Source: Candidatus Gorgyraea atricola (lineage in GTDB: Bacteria; Omnitrophota; Gorgyraeia; Gorgyraeales; Gorgyraeaceae). From it: a DNA stretch of 64,000 nt. Location: the NCBI GenBank assembly GCA_030765235.1, contig JAVCCW010000028.1, positions 24,744-88,743 on the forward strand, in the 5' to 3' direction. The translations under genes were made by a program, and so were the position numbers. The stretch's first letter is position 1; the number at the start of each line of letters is the position of its first letter. The notes below the pieces were generated by a model, which saw nothing but the letters and a program-made list of their open reading frames with translations, did no database searches and had not been told where the DNA came from. Positions 26,425 through 35,531 of this stretch are shown piece after piece.

Positions 26425-28386
26425 ATGATAAAAAGAGTTATTGTATCTATAGTTATATTTTCGATATCTATTTTTTCTGCAGTGCCGATGGTCTTGCCGC
26501 AGTATGAAGATCCAGAATTAATATCGCTGGATCTTAAAGGTATGGAGATACGCGATGTTCTTAAGATCCTTTCGCAGAAGAGTGGGCTTAACATGGTAGC
26601 TGATAAGGATGTGAAAGGAACAGTATCGGTTTACGTGAAGGATGTGGATGTAATGGATGCCCTGGATATAGTAGTTTCCACAAATGACCTTGCTTATGAA
26701 GAGAAAGGCAGCCTTATCAGGGTCATGACTGCCAGGAAATACGAAAAGATGAATGGCGCCAGGTTTAAAGACAGGACCAAGACAGAAATAGTTAAGCTTA
26801 ATTATGCCAAGGCCTCCACTGTCGCAGTGACCTTGACAAAGATGAAAACAAAGCTAGGCAAGGTCATTGCGGATGATGCCTCGAACACATTAGTCTTAAT
26901 AGACAATTCTAAAAACATTGAAAGAATGAAGCAGGCTATTTTAGAAATAGATATCCTGCTGGTTACTGAGATTTTCTCTCTTGATTATGCAAAGGCAGAT
27001 TCCATAAAAGAGAAGTTAGAAAAGATGCTTTCCAAGGATATGGGGACTATACGATTTGATGAAAGGACAAACAAGGTAGTGGTTAAAGACACCCAGGAAA
27101 AGATCAATGAGATAAAGAAGGTGGTAGAGGCATTTGATGAGAAGACGCGAGAAGTGCTCATAGATGCAAAGATAATACAGGTGACACTCTCGGATAAACA
27201 TAGCTATGGAATAGATTGGGATAGCATTGCTACGCTGGGAAACATAACAATAGAGGCGACTACACATCTTACTACCAGCTTGGCAGGCACTACTCCGAAT
27301 GTATTGACTATAGCCAAGAAAGGTGGCACTCATTTAAATGTGTTAAGACTTCTTGAGACATTTGGCAAGACTAATGTCCTGTCGCGCCCGAGAATTACTG
27401 TTGCTGACAGGGAAGAGGCAAAAATCCTGGTTGGCGCCAAAGAGGTGTATGTGACGAGTGAAGTGACAACCACATCAGGAGGTACGTATCATACGACAGA
27501 TAATGTCCAGTTCGTTGATGTTGGTGTGACATTAGGCGTGACACCTGAGATAAATAGCGACGGTTATGTTAGAATGAAGATAAAGCCAGAAGTGTCTAAC
27601 ACTGATGCTACAAAGACAGTCATGCTGACAAATCCCGATGGATCAACCAGGACAGTTGTCCCTTATGTTACTACGTCAGAGGCAGAGACAACAGTGCTGA
27701 TCAAAGACAATACCACACTTATATTGGGTGGCCTGATGAAGGACACAGTTACAGAATATAATGACAAAGTGCCTATTCTTGGAGACATTCCTATTTTGGG
27801 GAAACTGTTTTCCACAAAAGGAAAGAGCAAAGAAAAAACAGAACTCGTAATATTTATCACACCTCATATCATAGACCCTGGTAAATCAACAAAAGAAGCA
27901 GAGTTTTATGCTAAAGAGTGGAAAAAGAAGACAGAAGACGCGAAGATAGGGAAATCAGAAAAGCCAGTTAAGAAAGAGAAAAAATCTGCCAAAGTTAAAG
28001 CAAAACGAAAACCAGAACCTAAGAAGAAAAAAGAATGGACACCTGTTTTTAGCAACAAAAAACCTGAAAAGGAAAAGGTGGTAAAACAGGAAAAGAAGGA
28101 AGTGGTTAAAACACCCTATGAGTCATACTACCTTGCTATAAGAAAAGAGATAATTGGTGCAGCCCAGAGGCAGGATATGGAAGGGTTTACAGGAGATGTT
28201 GAACTGCAATTCACGCTGGACAGAGATGGCTTTTTAACAAAAGGCCCTATTGTCCTGAATAAGCCTGATTTGAAACTTGTGCGAGCAGCTGTAAATTGCG
28301 TAAAGCTTACTTCGCCATTTTTTCCTTTTCCAAAGAGCTTAGACAAGGAAGAGGCAGAATTTTATATAATAGTACGGTATGAATGA
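26425..28386 (+). CDS. gspD: Secretin GspD/PilQ with C-terminal Lys-rich linker and TonB-C-like domain
   Basis: STN-like ISLDLKGMEIRDVLK, N domains, VLIDAKII..GIDW, LSRPRITV, DVGVTLGVTPEI, LILGGLM...KVPILGDIPILGKLF...KTELVIFITPHII. Confidence 0.9.
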   Translation: MIKRVIVSIVIFSISIFSAVPMVLPQYEDPELISLDLKGMEIRDVLKILSQKSGLNMVADKDVKGTVSVYVKDVDVMDALDIVVSTNDLAYEEKGSLIRVMTARKYEKMNGARFKDRTKTEIVKLNYAKASTVAVTLTKMKTKLGKVIADDASNTLVLIDNSKNIERMKQAILEIDILLVTEIFSLDYAKADSIKEKLEKMLSKDMGTIRFDERTNKVVVKDTQEKINEIKKVVEAFDEKTREVLIDAKIIQVTLSDKHSYGIDWDSIATLGNITIEATTHLTTSLAGTTPNVLTIAKKGGTHLNVLRLLETFGKTNVLSRPRITVADREEAKILVGAKEVYVTSEVTTTSGGTYHTTDNVQFVDVGVTLGVTPEINSDGYVRMKIKPEVSNTDATKTVMLTNPDGSTRTVVPYVTTSEAETTVLIKDNTTLILGGLMKDTVTEYNDKVPILGDIPILGKLFSTKGKSKEKTELVIFITPHIIDPGKSTKEAEFYAKEWKKKTEDAKIGKSEKPVKKEKKSAKVKAKRKPEPKKKKEWTPVFSNKKPEKEKVVKQEKKEVVKTPYESYYLAIRKEIIGAAQRQDMEGFTGDVELQFTLDRDGFLTKGPIVLNKPDLKLVRAAVNCVKLTSPFFPFPKSLDKEEAEFYIIVRYE

Positions 28387-28454
28387 GATTATCCTTGACG
28401 CATAGGAAATAATATATAGAATATAAGAAATATGTCTAAAATAAGGAGGAGATA

Positions 28455-29606
28455 ATGGATTATTTGTTGACTGAAGAACAGATAATGATTCGCGATTTGG
28501 CAAGGCAGATAGCCAAAGAAAAGATCAAACCTGTTGCGGCAAAGTATGACGAAGAGGGCATATTCCCGTGGGATATCGTGAAGATCCTGGCGGATAGCGA
28601 TCTCTGCGGCATATACATCGAGGAAAAATACGGCGGCATAGGAGGCGGTTCCATGGAGCTCGTGCTCGCGACAGAGGAGCTGTCCAAGGCATGCGGCGGT
28701 ATTTCACTTGCGCTGGCAGCTACGGCGCTCGGGACATACCCTATTATTTTGTTTGGCACAGACGCTCAGAAGGAAAAATATCTTCCTGATATCGCTAAGG
28801 GCAAGAAGCTCGCTGCATTTGCTCTTACAGAGGCAGGCGCTGGGAGTGACGCAGCAGCAGTCGCGACCACTGCGGAGAAAAAAGGCGATCATTATATATT
28901 GAATGGCACAAAACAATGGATTACAAATGGCGGCGAGGCCGAGGTCTATACTGTAGTTGCCTCAGTTGACAGAAGAAAAGGCGCGCGCGGCGCAGCGACA
29001 TTTATTGTTGAAAAGGGTACGCCGGGTTTTGAATTTGGAAAAAAAGAAGATAAGATGGGTATACGCGCGTCTGCTACAAGAGAGCTTGTTTTTACAGATT
29101 GTAAGATCCCCAAAGAGAATCTGCTTGGCAAAGAGGGCGGTGGATTTATCGTTGCGATGAAGACATTCGATCAGTCCAGGCCAGGCGTGGCAGCACAGGC
29201 ACTTGGCATTGCGCAGGGAGCATTGGATCTTACTGTTGAATATGTAAAAGGGAGAAAGCAATTTGGTAAATCAGTATCTTCTTTTCAGGGCGTGCAGTTT
29301 ATGCTCGCTGACATAGCGACACAGATAGAGGCAGCCAGGGCATTGATATACGCGACAGCAAGGATGCTGGATAGCGGAGCCAAGAAGGTTGCCAAGGATT
29401 CCGCGATAGCAAAGCTCTTTGCCTCAGACATGGCCATGAAGGTCACGGTTGACTGCGTGCAGCTATTCGGCGGCTACGGATATATGCGCGATTACCCGAT
29501 AGAAAAATACATGCGCGACGCAAAGATCACGCAGATATACGAGGGTACAAACCAGATACAGCGCAGCGTCATCGCATTAAATCTACTAAAGGAGCGCACC
29601 ACCTAA
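28455..29606 (+). CDS. Acyl-CoA dehydrogenase (butyryl-CoA dehydrogenase-like)
   Basis: AFALTEAGAGSDA, NGTKQWITNG, KMGIRAS, RKQFGK, QLFGGYGYMRDYPIEKYMRDAKITQIYEGTNQIQR. Confidence 0.95.
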   Translation: MDYLLTEEQIMIRDLARQIAKEKIKPVAAKYDEEGIFPWDIVKILADSDLCGIYIEEKYGGIGGGSMELVLATEELSKACGGISLALAATALGTYPIILFGTDAQKEKYLPDIAKGKKLAAFALTEAGAGSDAAAVATTAEKKGDHYILNGTKQWITNGGEAEVYTVVASVDRRKGARGAATFIVEKGTPGFEFGKKEDKMGIRASATRELVFTDCKIPKENLLGKEGGGFIVAMKTFDQSRPGVAAQALGIAQGALDLTVEYVKGRKQFGKSVSSFQGVQFMLADIATQIEAARALIYATARMLDSGAKKVAKDSAIAKLFASDMAMKVTVDCVQLFGGYGYMRDYPIEKYMRDAKITQIYEGTNQIQRSVIALNLLKERTT

Positions 29607-29610
29607 AGAT

Positions 29611-30462
29611 ATGAATATTATCGTCTGCATAAAACAGGTCCCGGATACAACAGATATTAGAATAGATCCTGAGACGAATACGCTTATCAGGAGCGGAGTG
29701 GCAAGTATTATAAATCCATTCGATATGTACGCGATTGAAGAAGGGATCCGTCTTAAGGAGAAGTTTGGCGGTAAAGTCACGATTCTGACAATGGGACCGC
29801 CGCAGGCAGAAGATGCGTTGCGCGAGGCGATCTCGCTTGGCGCAGATGAGGCGATCCTTGTTTCAGATCGCGCATTTGCGGGGAGCGACACTTGGGCAAC
29901 GAGTTACACCCTATCAAAGGCGATCCATAAGATAGGCGACTGCGATCTTATAATCTGCGGAAAGCAGGCAATCGACGGTGATACTGCTCAGGTCGGGCCT
30001 GGCATTTCAGCGCACCTCGATATACCACAGGTCGCGTATGTTAAAAAGATAGAAGAGGTAAATTTAGGGACAAGGGACCCCATACGAGAATCAAAGATTT
30101 CGTACGGGGCAGGCAAGGGACAAGGGACAAGTAGTGGCTATATGCGTACCGAGAGGATGACAGAGGAAGGCTATGAGATCATTGAATCGCCTCTGCCGTG
30201 CCTGATTACTGTTGTAAAAGAGATAAATGAGCCAAGGCTCCCTTCTTTAAAGGGGAAGATGAAGGCCAAAAAGATTGAAATAAAAAAGTGGGGCGCAAAA
30301 GATCTCGATGTGGATCCTGATCTGATCGGACTCAATGGCTCACCAACAAAGGTGGTAAGGATATTCACGCCGCCCCCCAGAGAAAAAGGTCAGATGCTAG
30401 AAGGAGACGCAAAAGAGGTAAGCGAGAAATTAGTCGAGTTGTTAAAGAAGGATATTTTATAA
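29611..30462 (+). CDS. etfB: Electron transfer flavoprotein beta subunit (contains an in-frame repeat insert)
   Basis: VCIKQVPDT, INPFD, MGPPQA, DRAFAGSDTWATS, GKQAIDGDTAQVGP, INEPRLPS, GLNGSPT. Confidence 0.95.
   Translation: MNIIVCIKQVPDTTDIRIDPETNTLIRSGVASIINPFDMYAIEEGIRLKEKFGGKVTILTMGPPQAEDALREAISLGADEAILVSDRAFAGSDTWATSYTLSKAIHKIGDCDLIICGKQAIDGDTAQVGPGISAHLDIPQVAYVKKIEEVNLGTRDPIRESKISYGAGKGQGTSSGYMRTERMTEEGYEIIESPLPCLITVVKEINEPRLPSLKGKMKAKKIEIKKWGAKDLDVDPDLIGLNGSPTKVVRIFTPPPREKGQMLEGDAKEVSEKLVELLKKDIL
30067..30130 (+). repeat. Intragenic (GGGACAA)x4 array with nested 36-nt element (30079-30114), in frame in etfB
   Basis: gggacaa gggac[cccatacgagaatcaaagatttcgtacggggcaggc]aa gggacaa gggacaa. 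The insert is identical to 3675-3710 and reads GTRDPIRESKISYGAGKGQGT. Confidence 0.92.
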
Positions 30463-30463
30463 A

Positions 30464-31672
30464 ATGTCTATCAGGGTTATCAATGAAAAATGTACGGGTT
30501 GTAAGCTTTGCATAAAGGCGTGTCCTTTTGCAGCAATTGAAGTGAAGGATAAAAAGGCTGTAATAGATCTGGACAAATGCAATCTGTGCGGTGCGTGCAT
30601 AGAATCATGCAAGTTTGACGCGATCGTACTTACCAAGATAAGCCCATCAGATATAGATTTTCCAAAAAAGATAGAACAGCATAAAAACGTGTGGGTGTTT
30701 TGTGAACAGAAGAATAGCGTTATCCAGAGCGTGGCATACGAGCTTTTAGGAAAAGGCCGGGAGCTTGCTGACGCGCTTGGCGTAGAGCTTTGCGGGGTTT
30801 TGCTGGGCGAGGCCATGAAAGAACAGGCGCAGGACATTATTCACAGGGGAGCTAATAAGGTGTATCTTGTAGATTCGCCAAAACTCAAACATTACCAGAG
30901 TGAGCCCTACTCAAAGACGCTTATCAAATTAATAAAGGAATACAAGCCAGAGATAGTGCTTTGCGGTGCGACCTCCATAGGCCGTTCATTGATATCGCGC
31001 GTGGCAATAGGGATCCATGCAGGACTTACTGCAGATTGTACAGGACTGGATATAGATAAAAAAGAAAAATTGCTTTTACAGACAAGGCCTGCGTTTGGCG
31101 GTAATATTATGGCCACGATCATCTGCCCGAATCACAGGCCTCAGATGGCGACTGTGCGGCATAAGGTGATGAAGGAGGCTGAGCCTGATAATCGACATAA
31201 AGGAAAGATCATAGAAAATAGTTATGACGATGATACCTATTTTTCACGTACAAAACTGCTAGATGTGGTGGAGGAAATAGAAGAGACCGTAAACCTCACA
31301 GAGGCAGACATCATTGTCTCAGGTGGCAGGGGCCTGCAGAAGCCAGAGAATTTCAGTATCATAGAGGATCTGGCCAAGGTCCTGGGCGGCGCAGTTGGTG
31401 CTTCCCGCGCGTCAGTAGACGCAGGATGGAAAAGTTACTCGCATCAGGTGGGACAGACAGGAAAGACTGTGTGTCCAAAGATCTATATTGCATGTGGCAT
31501 CTCAGGCCAGATACAGCATCTTGTAGGCATGCAATCGTCAGATGTAATAGTGGCGATAAACAAAGATCCACACGCGCCTATTTTCAGCGTAGCTACTTAC
31601 AGCATAGTAGGCGATTTATTTGAGGTCGTGCCAGAGCTGACAAAGAAGTTTAAAGAAGTTTTAAAGAAATAA
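30464..31672 (+). CDS. etfA: Electron transfer flavoprotein alpha subunit with N-terminal 2x[4Fe-4S] ferredoxin domain
   Basis: CTGCKLCIKACP and CNLCGACIESCK; GLTADCT, TRPAFGGN, VSGGRG, GASR, QVGQTGKTV, GISGQIQH. Confidence 0.95.
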   Translation: MSIRVINEKCTGCKLCIKACPFAAIEVKDKKAVIDLDKCNLCGACIESCKFDAIVLTKISPSDIDFPKKIEQHKNVWVFCEQKNSVIQSVAYELLGKGRELADALGVELCGVLLGEAMKEQAQDIIHRGANKVYLVDSPKLKHYQSEPYSKTLIKLIKEYKPEIVLCGATSIGRSLISRVAIGIHAGLTADCTGLDIDKKEKLLLQTRPAFGGNIMATIICPNHRPQMATVRHKVMKEAEPDNRHKGKIIENSYDDDTYFSRTKLLDVVEEIEETVNLTEADIIVSGGRGLQKPENFSIIEDLAKVLGGAVGASRASVDAGWKSYSHQVGQTGKTVCPKIYIACGISGQIQHLVGMQSSDVIVAINKDPHAPIFSVATYSIVGDLFEVVPELTKKFKEVLKK

Positions 31673-31683
31673 TATCTACGTTT

Positions 31684-31748
31684 GTGTAAAGTGTCAGGTG
31701 TCAAGTGTCAGGGGCGTTCCTTGACACTTGACACTTTGAACCTGACAC
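31684..31748. repeat. Inverted heptamer array (GTGTCAR)x4 / (YTGACAC)x4
   Basis: gtgtaaa gtgtcag gtgtcaa gtgtcag gggcgttcc ttgacac ttgacac tttgaac ctgacac. Confidence 0.88.
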
Positions 31749-31774
31749 CAGCAAAGGAATATAAGGAAGCAAGT

Positions 31775-34700
31775 ATGTATTTCAAACGATTAGAATTATT
31801 TGGTTTTAAATCATTTGCCGAAAGGACAAAGCTGGACTTTGAGCCGGGCATAACCGCTATCGTGGGGCCAAATGGCTGCGGCAAATCAAATATTGCCGAT
31901 TCTATAAAGTGGGTGCTTGGTGAGCAGTCTGCGAAGATGCTGCGCGGCGGCAAAATGGAAGATGTGATCTTCAATGGCACTGACGGCAGAGAGCCAGTCA
32001 ATTACGCTGAGGTCTCGCTCACCCTCTCCAATCAGGACCGTATACTCCCTATCGAATATGACGAAGTCACTGTTGCGCGCCGGCTCTACCGCTCAGGCGA
32101 AAGCGAATATCTGATCAACAAAACCACCGTAAGACTTAAAGACGTGAGTGAGCTTTTCATGGGCACTGGCATTGGCACAAGCGCCTACTCGCTTATTGAA
32201 CAGGGGAAAATAGATCAGGTCTTAAGTTCGAGACCAGAAGACAGGCGCGAGGTCTTTGAGGAGGCAAGCGGCATCACAAAATATAAATCAAAGAGAAAAG
32301 AAGCTATGCGGCGGCTCGACGGCACAGAACAGAATCTCGTTAGGATCAATGATATTATCATAGAGGTCAAGCGCCAGATAAATTCTATAGAGAGACAGGC
32401 CAGAAAGGCAGAGCGTTATAAGGAAAGATACGAAGAACTAAAGGCCCTGGAATTGAAACTGACAAGGATAGAGTTGGAGTTATTAAACCAAAAAATAAAA
32501 GAATCCAGCACGAATCTGGAAGGCCTTAAGACAAGAGAATCAGAGCTAAATTCAGGATTGCAAAAAATGATAGGCGAGCTTTCAGAATTGAATACCCAGC
32601 GTTCTGAGATCGAGTCAAAGAGGATGGATTTTAAGTCCACCATCATAGAGACTGATTCTGAAGTGTCTAAGTCAAAAGATAAACTTTCCATGAACAGGGA
32701 AAGGATAGAGGAACTAAAGAAAAGGCGCATCGATCTCGAGAGCGAGATAGAAAAAAGCGCGGATAGTATAAAATCCCAGCGAAAAGAAGTAGAGGGCTTA
32801 AGAGAAAAGGTCTCGACGCTACAGACTGAGGACATGGAACGTTCCTCCGCTCTTTCAGTCAAGGAAAAGAGGCTCGACGAGACCTCAAAGACTATTTCTG
32901 AAAACGAGACGACCATTTCCACATCCAAGGCAAACCTGATAGACCTTGCCTCAAAGGAGTCTAAATTAAGAAATCAATCCGCAAAGATCTCTACGACCCT
33001 CGCATCAGATGACGCGAGACTCAAGAGACTCACAGTAGAAAAAGATACTATTTTGGAAGAAAAAAATAGTCTGGATGTAAAGCTGAGCGATGTGTTGAAA
33101 GAGGTCGAGCAGGTAGAAACAGAAGTCCTATCCTTGAAGGACGAAAAAGAAAGTGTTTCTCAAAAAGTATCCGCTTTGACTAGCCGCATAGAAAGCCTGA
33201 CAAGTCAATCAACGCAGATCCATCAGACTCTTGCCACTAATAAATCCAGGTTCGATGTCCTGAATGAGGCAAAGGCAAAGTATGAGGGTTTTTCTTCAGG
33301 CGTAAAGGCCATAATGGGCAAAGGCGTTTTTAAGAAAAAGCCAATAGAAGGCGTGCAAGACGCCCTTGCGAACCTCTTTAGTGTAAATAAAGGATACGAG
33401 ATCGCCATAGAGTCAGCACTCGGAGAAAACCTGGAGTCTATTCTCGTCGATGATCTTGAATCTGCGGAAAAGGCAATAGAGTTTCTGAAAGAGAATTCAC
33501 TCGGCAAGGCATTATTCGCGCACCCAGATTCTTTCCGGGCGATGCAAAGTGAGACCTCGCTTAGCGACAGCCGTATACTAGGCAGGGCAATAGACTTCGC
33601 GCGCATAAATAATAAGTGCAGAAACATCTTAGAGTATCTTTTGAAAGATACCTTTATTGTAAAAGACTTGAAAGATGCGGCCAGCATTCTAAAAGAGAAC
33701 CCGGATCTAAAAGAATCCACATTTGTTACGCTGCTTGGCGAAAAGATCGGCAGGGGATTTGTCTCTGGTGGAGATATCAGAGATGCGGGCCTTACGCTTA
33801 TAAATAGAGAAGAGAACATAAAGGAGCTTTTTGAGATAATAGCTGCGTCAGAGGCCAGATTTAAAATAATAGAAGAGGAAAAATTAACCGGCGAACAGGA
33901 AAAAGAAGAGTTAGAAAAAAGATCAGAAGTCGTCACCTCGAGCCTTAATGAAAAAGAGATCATGCTTGCCAATGCCAGGACCAGGCGCAGCAATATAGAG
34001 GAGAACATGAAAGGGGTGGCGGATGAGATCTCACTTGTCTCTCTTGAAGTAGACGAGGTGACTTCCGAGGCAGAGAGATTAAAAGAAGAAGAGCTTAGTG
34101 TTGTAAAGGCCCTGAAGCAGTCAGAAAACGATACGCATCTAAACCAGGAAAGGATCAAGAGAAGCGAGATCCTCATAAGTGATTATGCAAAGGAAAAAGA
34201 ACAGCTTATCATAGAGGTGGCAGAGCAGAGGACTGAATTAGGTTCTCTCGAGAGCAAAAAAGAAGGCCTTTCAAATACATTGAATCTCCTGGATAGCTCC
34301 TTAAAGGATGTAGAGAATAGCCGCCAGGCCCGTAAGGCAGAGATAGAGGATTCTATTAAAAAGGTAAAGGAATTAAGTGATGGACTCATGACCCTTGAAA
34401 AAAATATAGAGTCTTTATCTGAGAAAAGTGGCGAAAAAGGCGTGGAGCTGGAGGGCGTAGAGAGTGTTTATTCAGCGGTAATGCAAAAAATAAAAGAGCA
34501 AGAAGTCATCTTTAAGCAATCAGAAAAAGAGATAAACAGTCTTCGTTCGAATGTACATGAGATAGACCTTAAAAGGGCTGAGACAAATTATGGACTCGAG
34601 AATCTGACCCAGCGAATAAAGGATGTGTATAAGCTGGACCTGAATGAGGTCGAGATAGTCGAGAACTGGCAGGATATAGAAAGGGATGCGCTTCGTTCTG

Positions 34701-35356
34701 AGGTCGAGGAAAAGCGTGAAAAGCTGGATTCTATGGGCACAGTGAATCTGGTGGCCATCGAAGAACACACAGAACTCCAGGATAGATTCGCGTTTTTAAC
34801 ACACCAGCGGGATGATTTACTAAAGGCAAAGGACACGCTCTTAAAGGCCATAGCCAAGATAAACAAGATCACAAAAGAGCTTTTTATGGAGACATTTAAG
34901 AGTATACAGGTCGAGTTCAGGAATTTCTTTAAGATGCTGTTCGGCGGCGGCGACGGCGAGCTGATACTTCTGGATGAAAATAATGTGCTTGAGTCTGGCA
35001 TCGAGATAGTGGCAAGACCTCCAGGAAAAAGGCTTCAGAATGTGTCGCTGCTTTCAGGGGGAGAAAAGGCCCTCACCGCGATCTCACTCATCTTTGCCAT
35101 ATTCAAGGTAAAGCCCAGCCCGTTCTGCGTGCTGGATGAGATAGACGCGCCCCTTGACGAGTCAAACGTTGACAGGTTTTCAAGAAGCCTTGATATGTTT
35201 ACAAACACCTCACAGTTCATCGTAATAACCCACAACAAAAAGACCATTGATAAGGCCGACGTGATGTATGGCATCACCATGCAGCAGTCAGGCGTCTCTA
35301 AAGTTGTCTCAGTGAAATTTTCTGACTCTAGGAAACAAGAGGCAGCGACTAAATAA
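31775..35356 (+). CDS. smc: Chromosome segregation protein SMC
   Basis: MYFKRLELFGFKSFA, VGPNGCGKSN, long coiled coils with hinge, LLSGGEKAL, LDEIDAPLDESN, QFIVITHNK; ATG 31775. Confidence 0.97.
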   Translation: MYFKRLELFGFKSFAERTKLDFEPGITAIVGPNGCGKSNIADSIKWVLGEQSAKMLRGGKMEDVIFNGTDGREPVNYAEVSLTLSNQDRILPIEYDEVTVARRLYRSGESEYLINKTTVRLKDVSELFMGTGIGTSAYSLIEQGKIDQVLSSRPEDRREVFEEASGITKYKSKRKEAMRRLDGTEQNLVRINDIIIEVKRQINSIERQARKAERYKERYEELKALELKLTRIELELLNQKIKESSTNLEGLKTRESELNSGLQKMIGELSELNTQRSEIESKRMDFKSTIIETDSEVSKSKDKLSMNRERIEELKKRRIDLESEIEKSADSIKSQRKEVEGLREKVSTLQTEDMERSSALSVKEKRLDETSKTISENETTISTSKANLIDLASKESKLRNQSAKISTTLASDDARLKRLTVEKDTILEEKNSLDVKLSDVLKEVEQVETEVLSLKDEKESVSQKVSALTSRIESLTSQSTQIHQTLATNKSRFDVLNEAKAKYEGFSSGVKAIMGKGVFKKKPIEGVQDALANLFSVNKGYEIAIESALGENLESILVDDLESAEKAIEFLKENSLGKALFAHPDSFRAMQSETSLSDSRILGRAIDFARINNKCRNILEYLLKDTFIVKDLKDAASILKENPDLKESTFVTLLGEKIGRGFVSGGDIRDAGLTLINREENIKELFEIIAASEARFKIIEEEKLTGEQEKEELEKRSEVVTSSLNEKEIMLANARTRRSNIEENMKGVADEISLVSLEVDEVTSEAERLKEEELSVVKALKQSENDTHLNQERIKRSEILISDYAKEKEQLIIEVAEQRTELGSLESKKEGLSNTLNLLDSSLKDVENSRQARKAEIEDSIKKVKELSDGLMTLEKNIESLSEKSGEKGVELEGVESVYSAVMQKIKEQEVIFKQSEKEINSLRSNVHEIDLKRAETNYGLENLTQRIKDVYKLDLNEVEIVENWQDIERDALRSEVEEKREKLDSMGTVNLVAIEEHTELQDRFAFLTHQRDDLLKAKDTLLKAIAKINKITKELFMETFKSIQVEFRNFFKMLFGGGDGELILLDENNVLESGIEIVARPPGKRLQNVSLLSGGEKALTAISLIFAIFKVKPSPFCVLDEIDAPLDESNVDRFSRSLDMFTNTSQFIVITHNKKTIDKADVMYGITMQQSGVSKVVSVKFSDSRKQEAATK

Positions 35357-35357
35357 T

Positions 35358-35529
35358 AAATCCCAAATCCAAATACTACCAAATCCCAAATAAATCCAAT
35401 CCTTTGACTACGCTCAGGATTGGCCCTGAGCAAAGTCGAAGGGCCAAAATCCCAAATCCAAAACCATGTTTGGGATTTGGAAATTGGGATTTATTTGGTA
35501 GTATTGGTATTTATTGGGATTTGGGATTT
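35358..35529. repeat. Inverted (AAATCCC)n / (GGGATTT)n array with nested REP-like hairpin (35401-35443) between convergent genes
   Basis: aaatcccaaatccaaatactaccaaatcccaaat...[cctttgactacgctcaggattggccctgagcaaagtcgaaggg]...tttgggatttggaaattgggatttatttggtagtattgg...gggatttgggattt. Confidence 0.88.
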
Positions 35530-35531
35530 TA

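Noticed and set aside
31682-31774. N-terminal extension of SMC (MCKVSGVKCQ...) in the ORF track
   Set aside because: It is read-through of the stop-free heptamer array. The conserved SMC start is ATG 31775.
33223-34176. Long antisense ORFs (317 aa here; also 8159-8722, 25752-26285, 32416-32928, 56742-57257)
   Set aside because: They are shadows of well-supported sense genes and carry no recognisable motifs.
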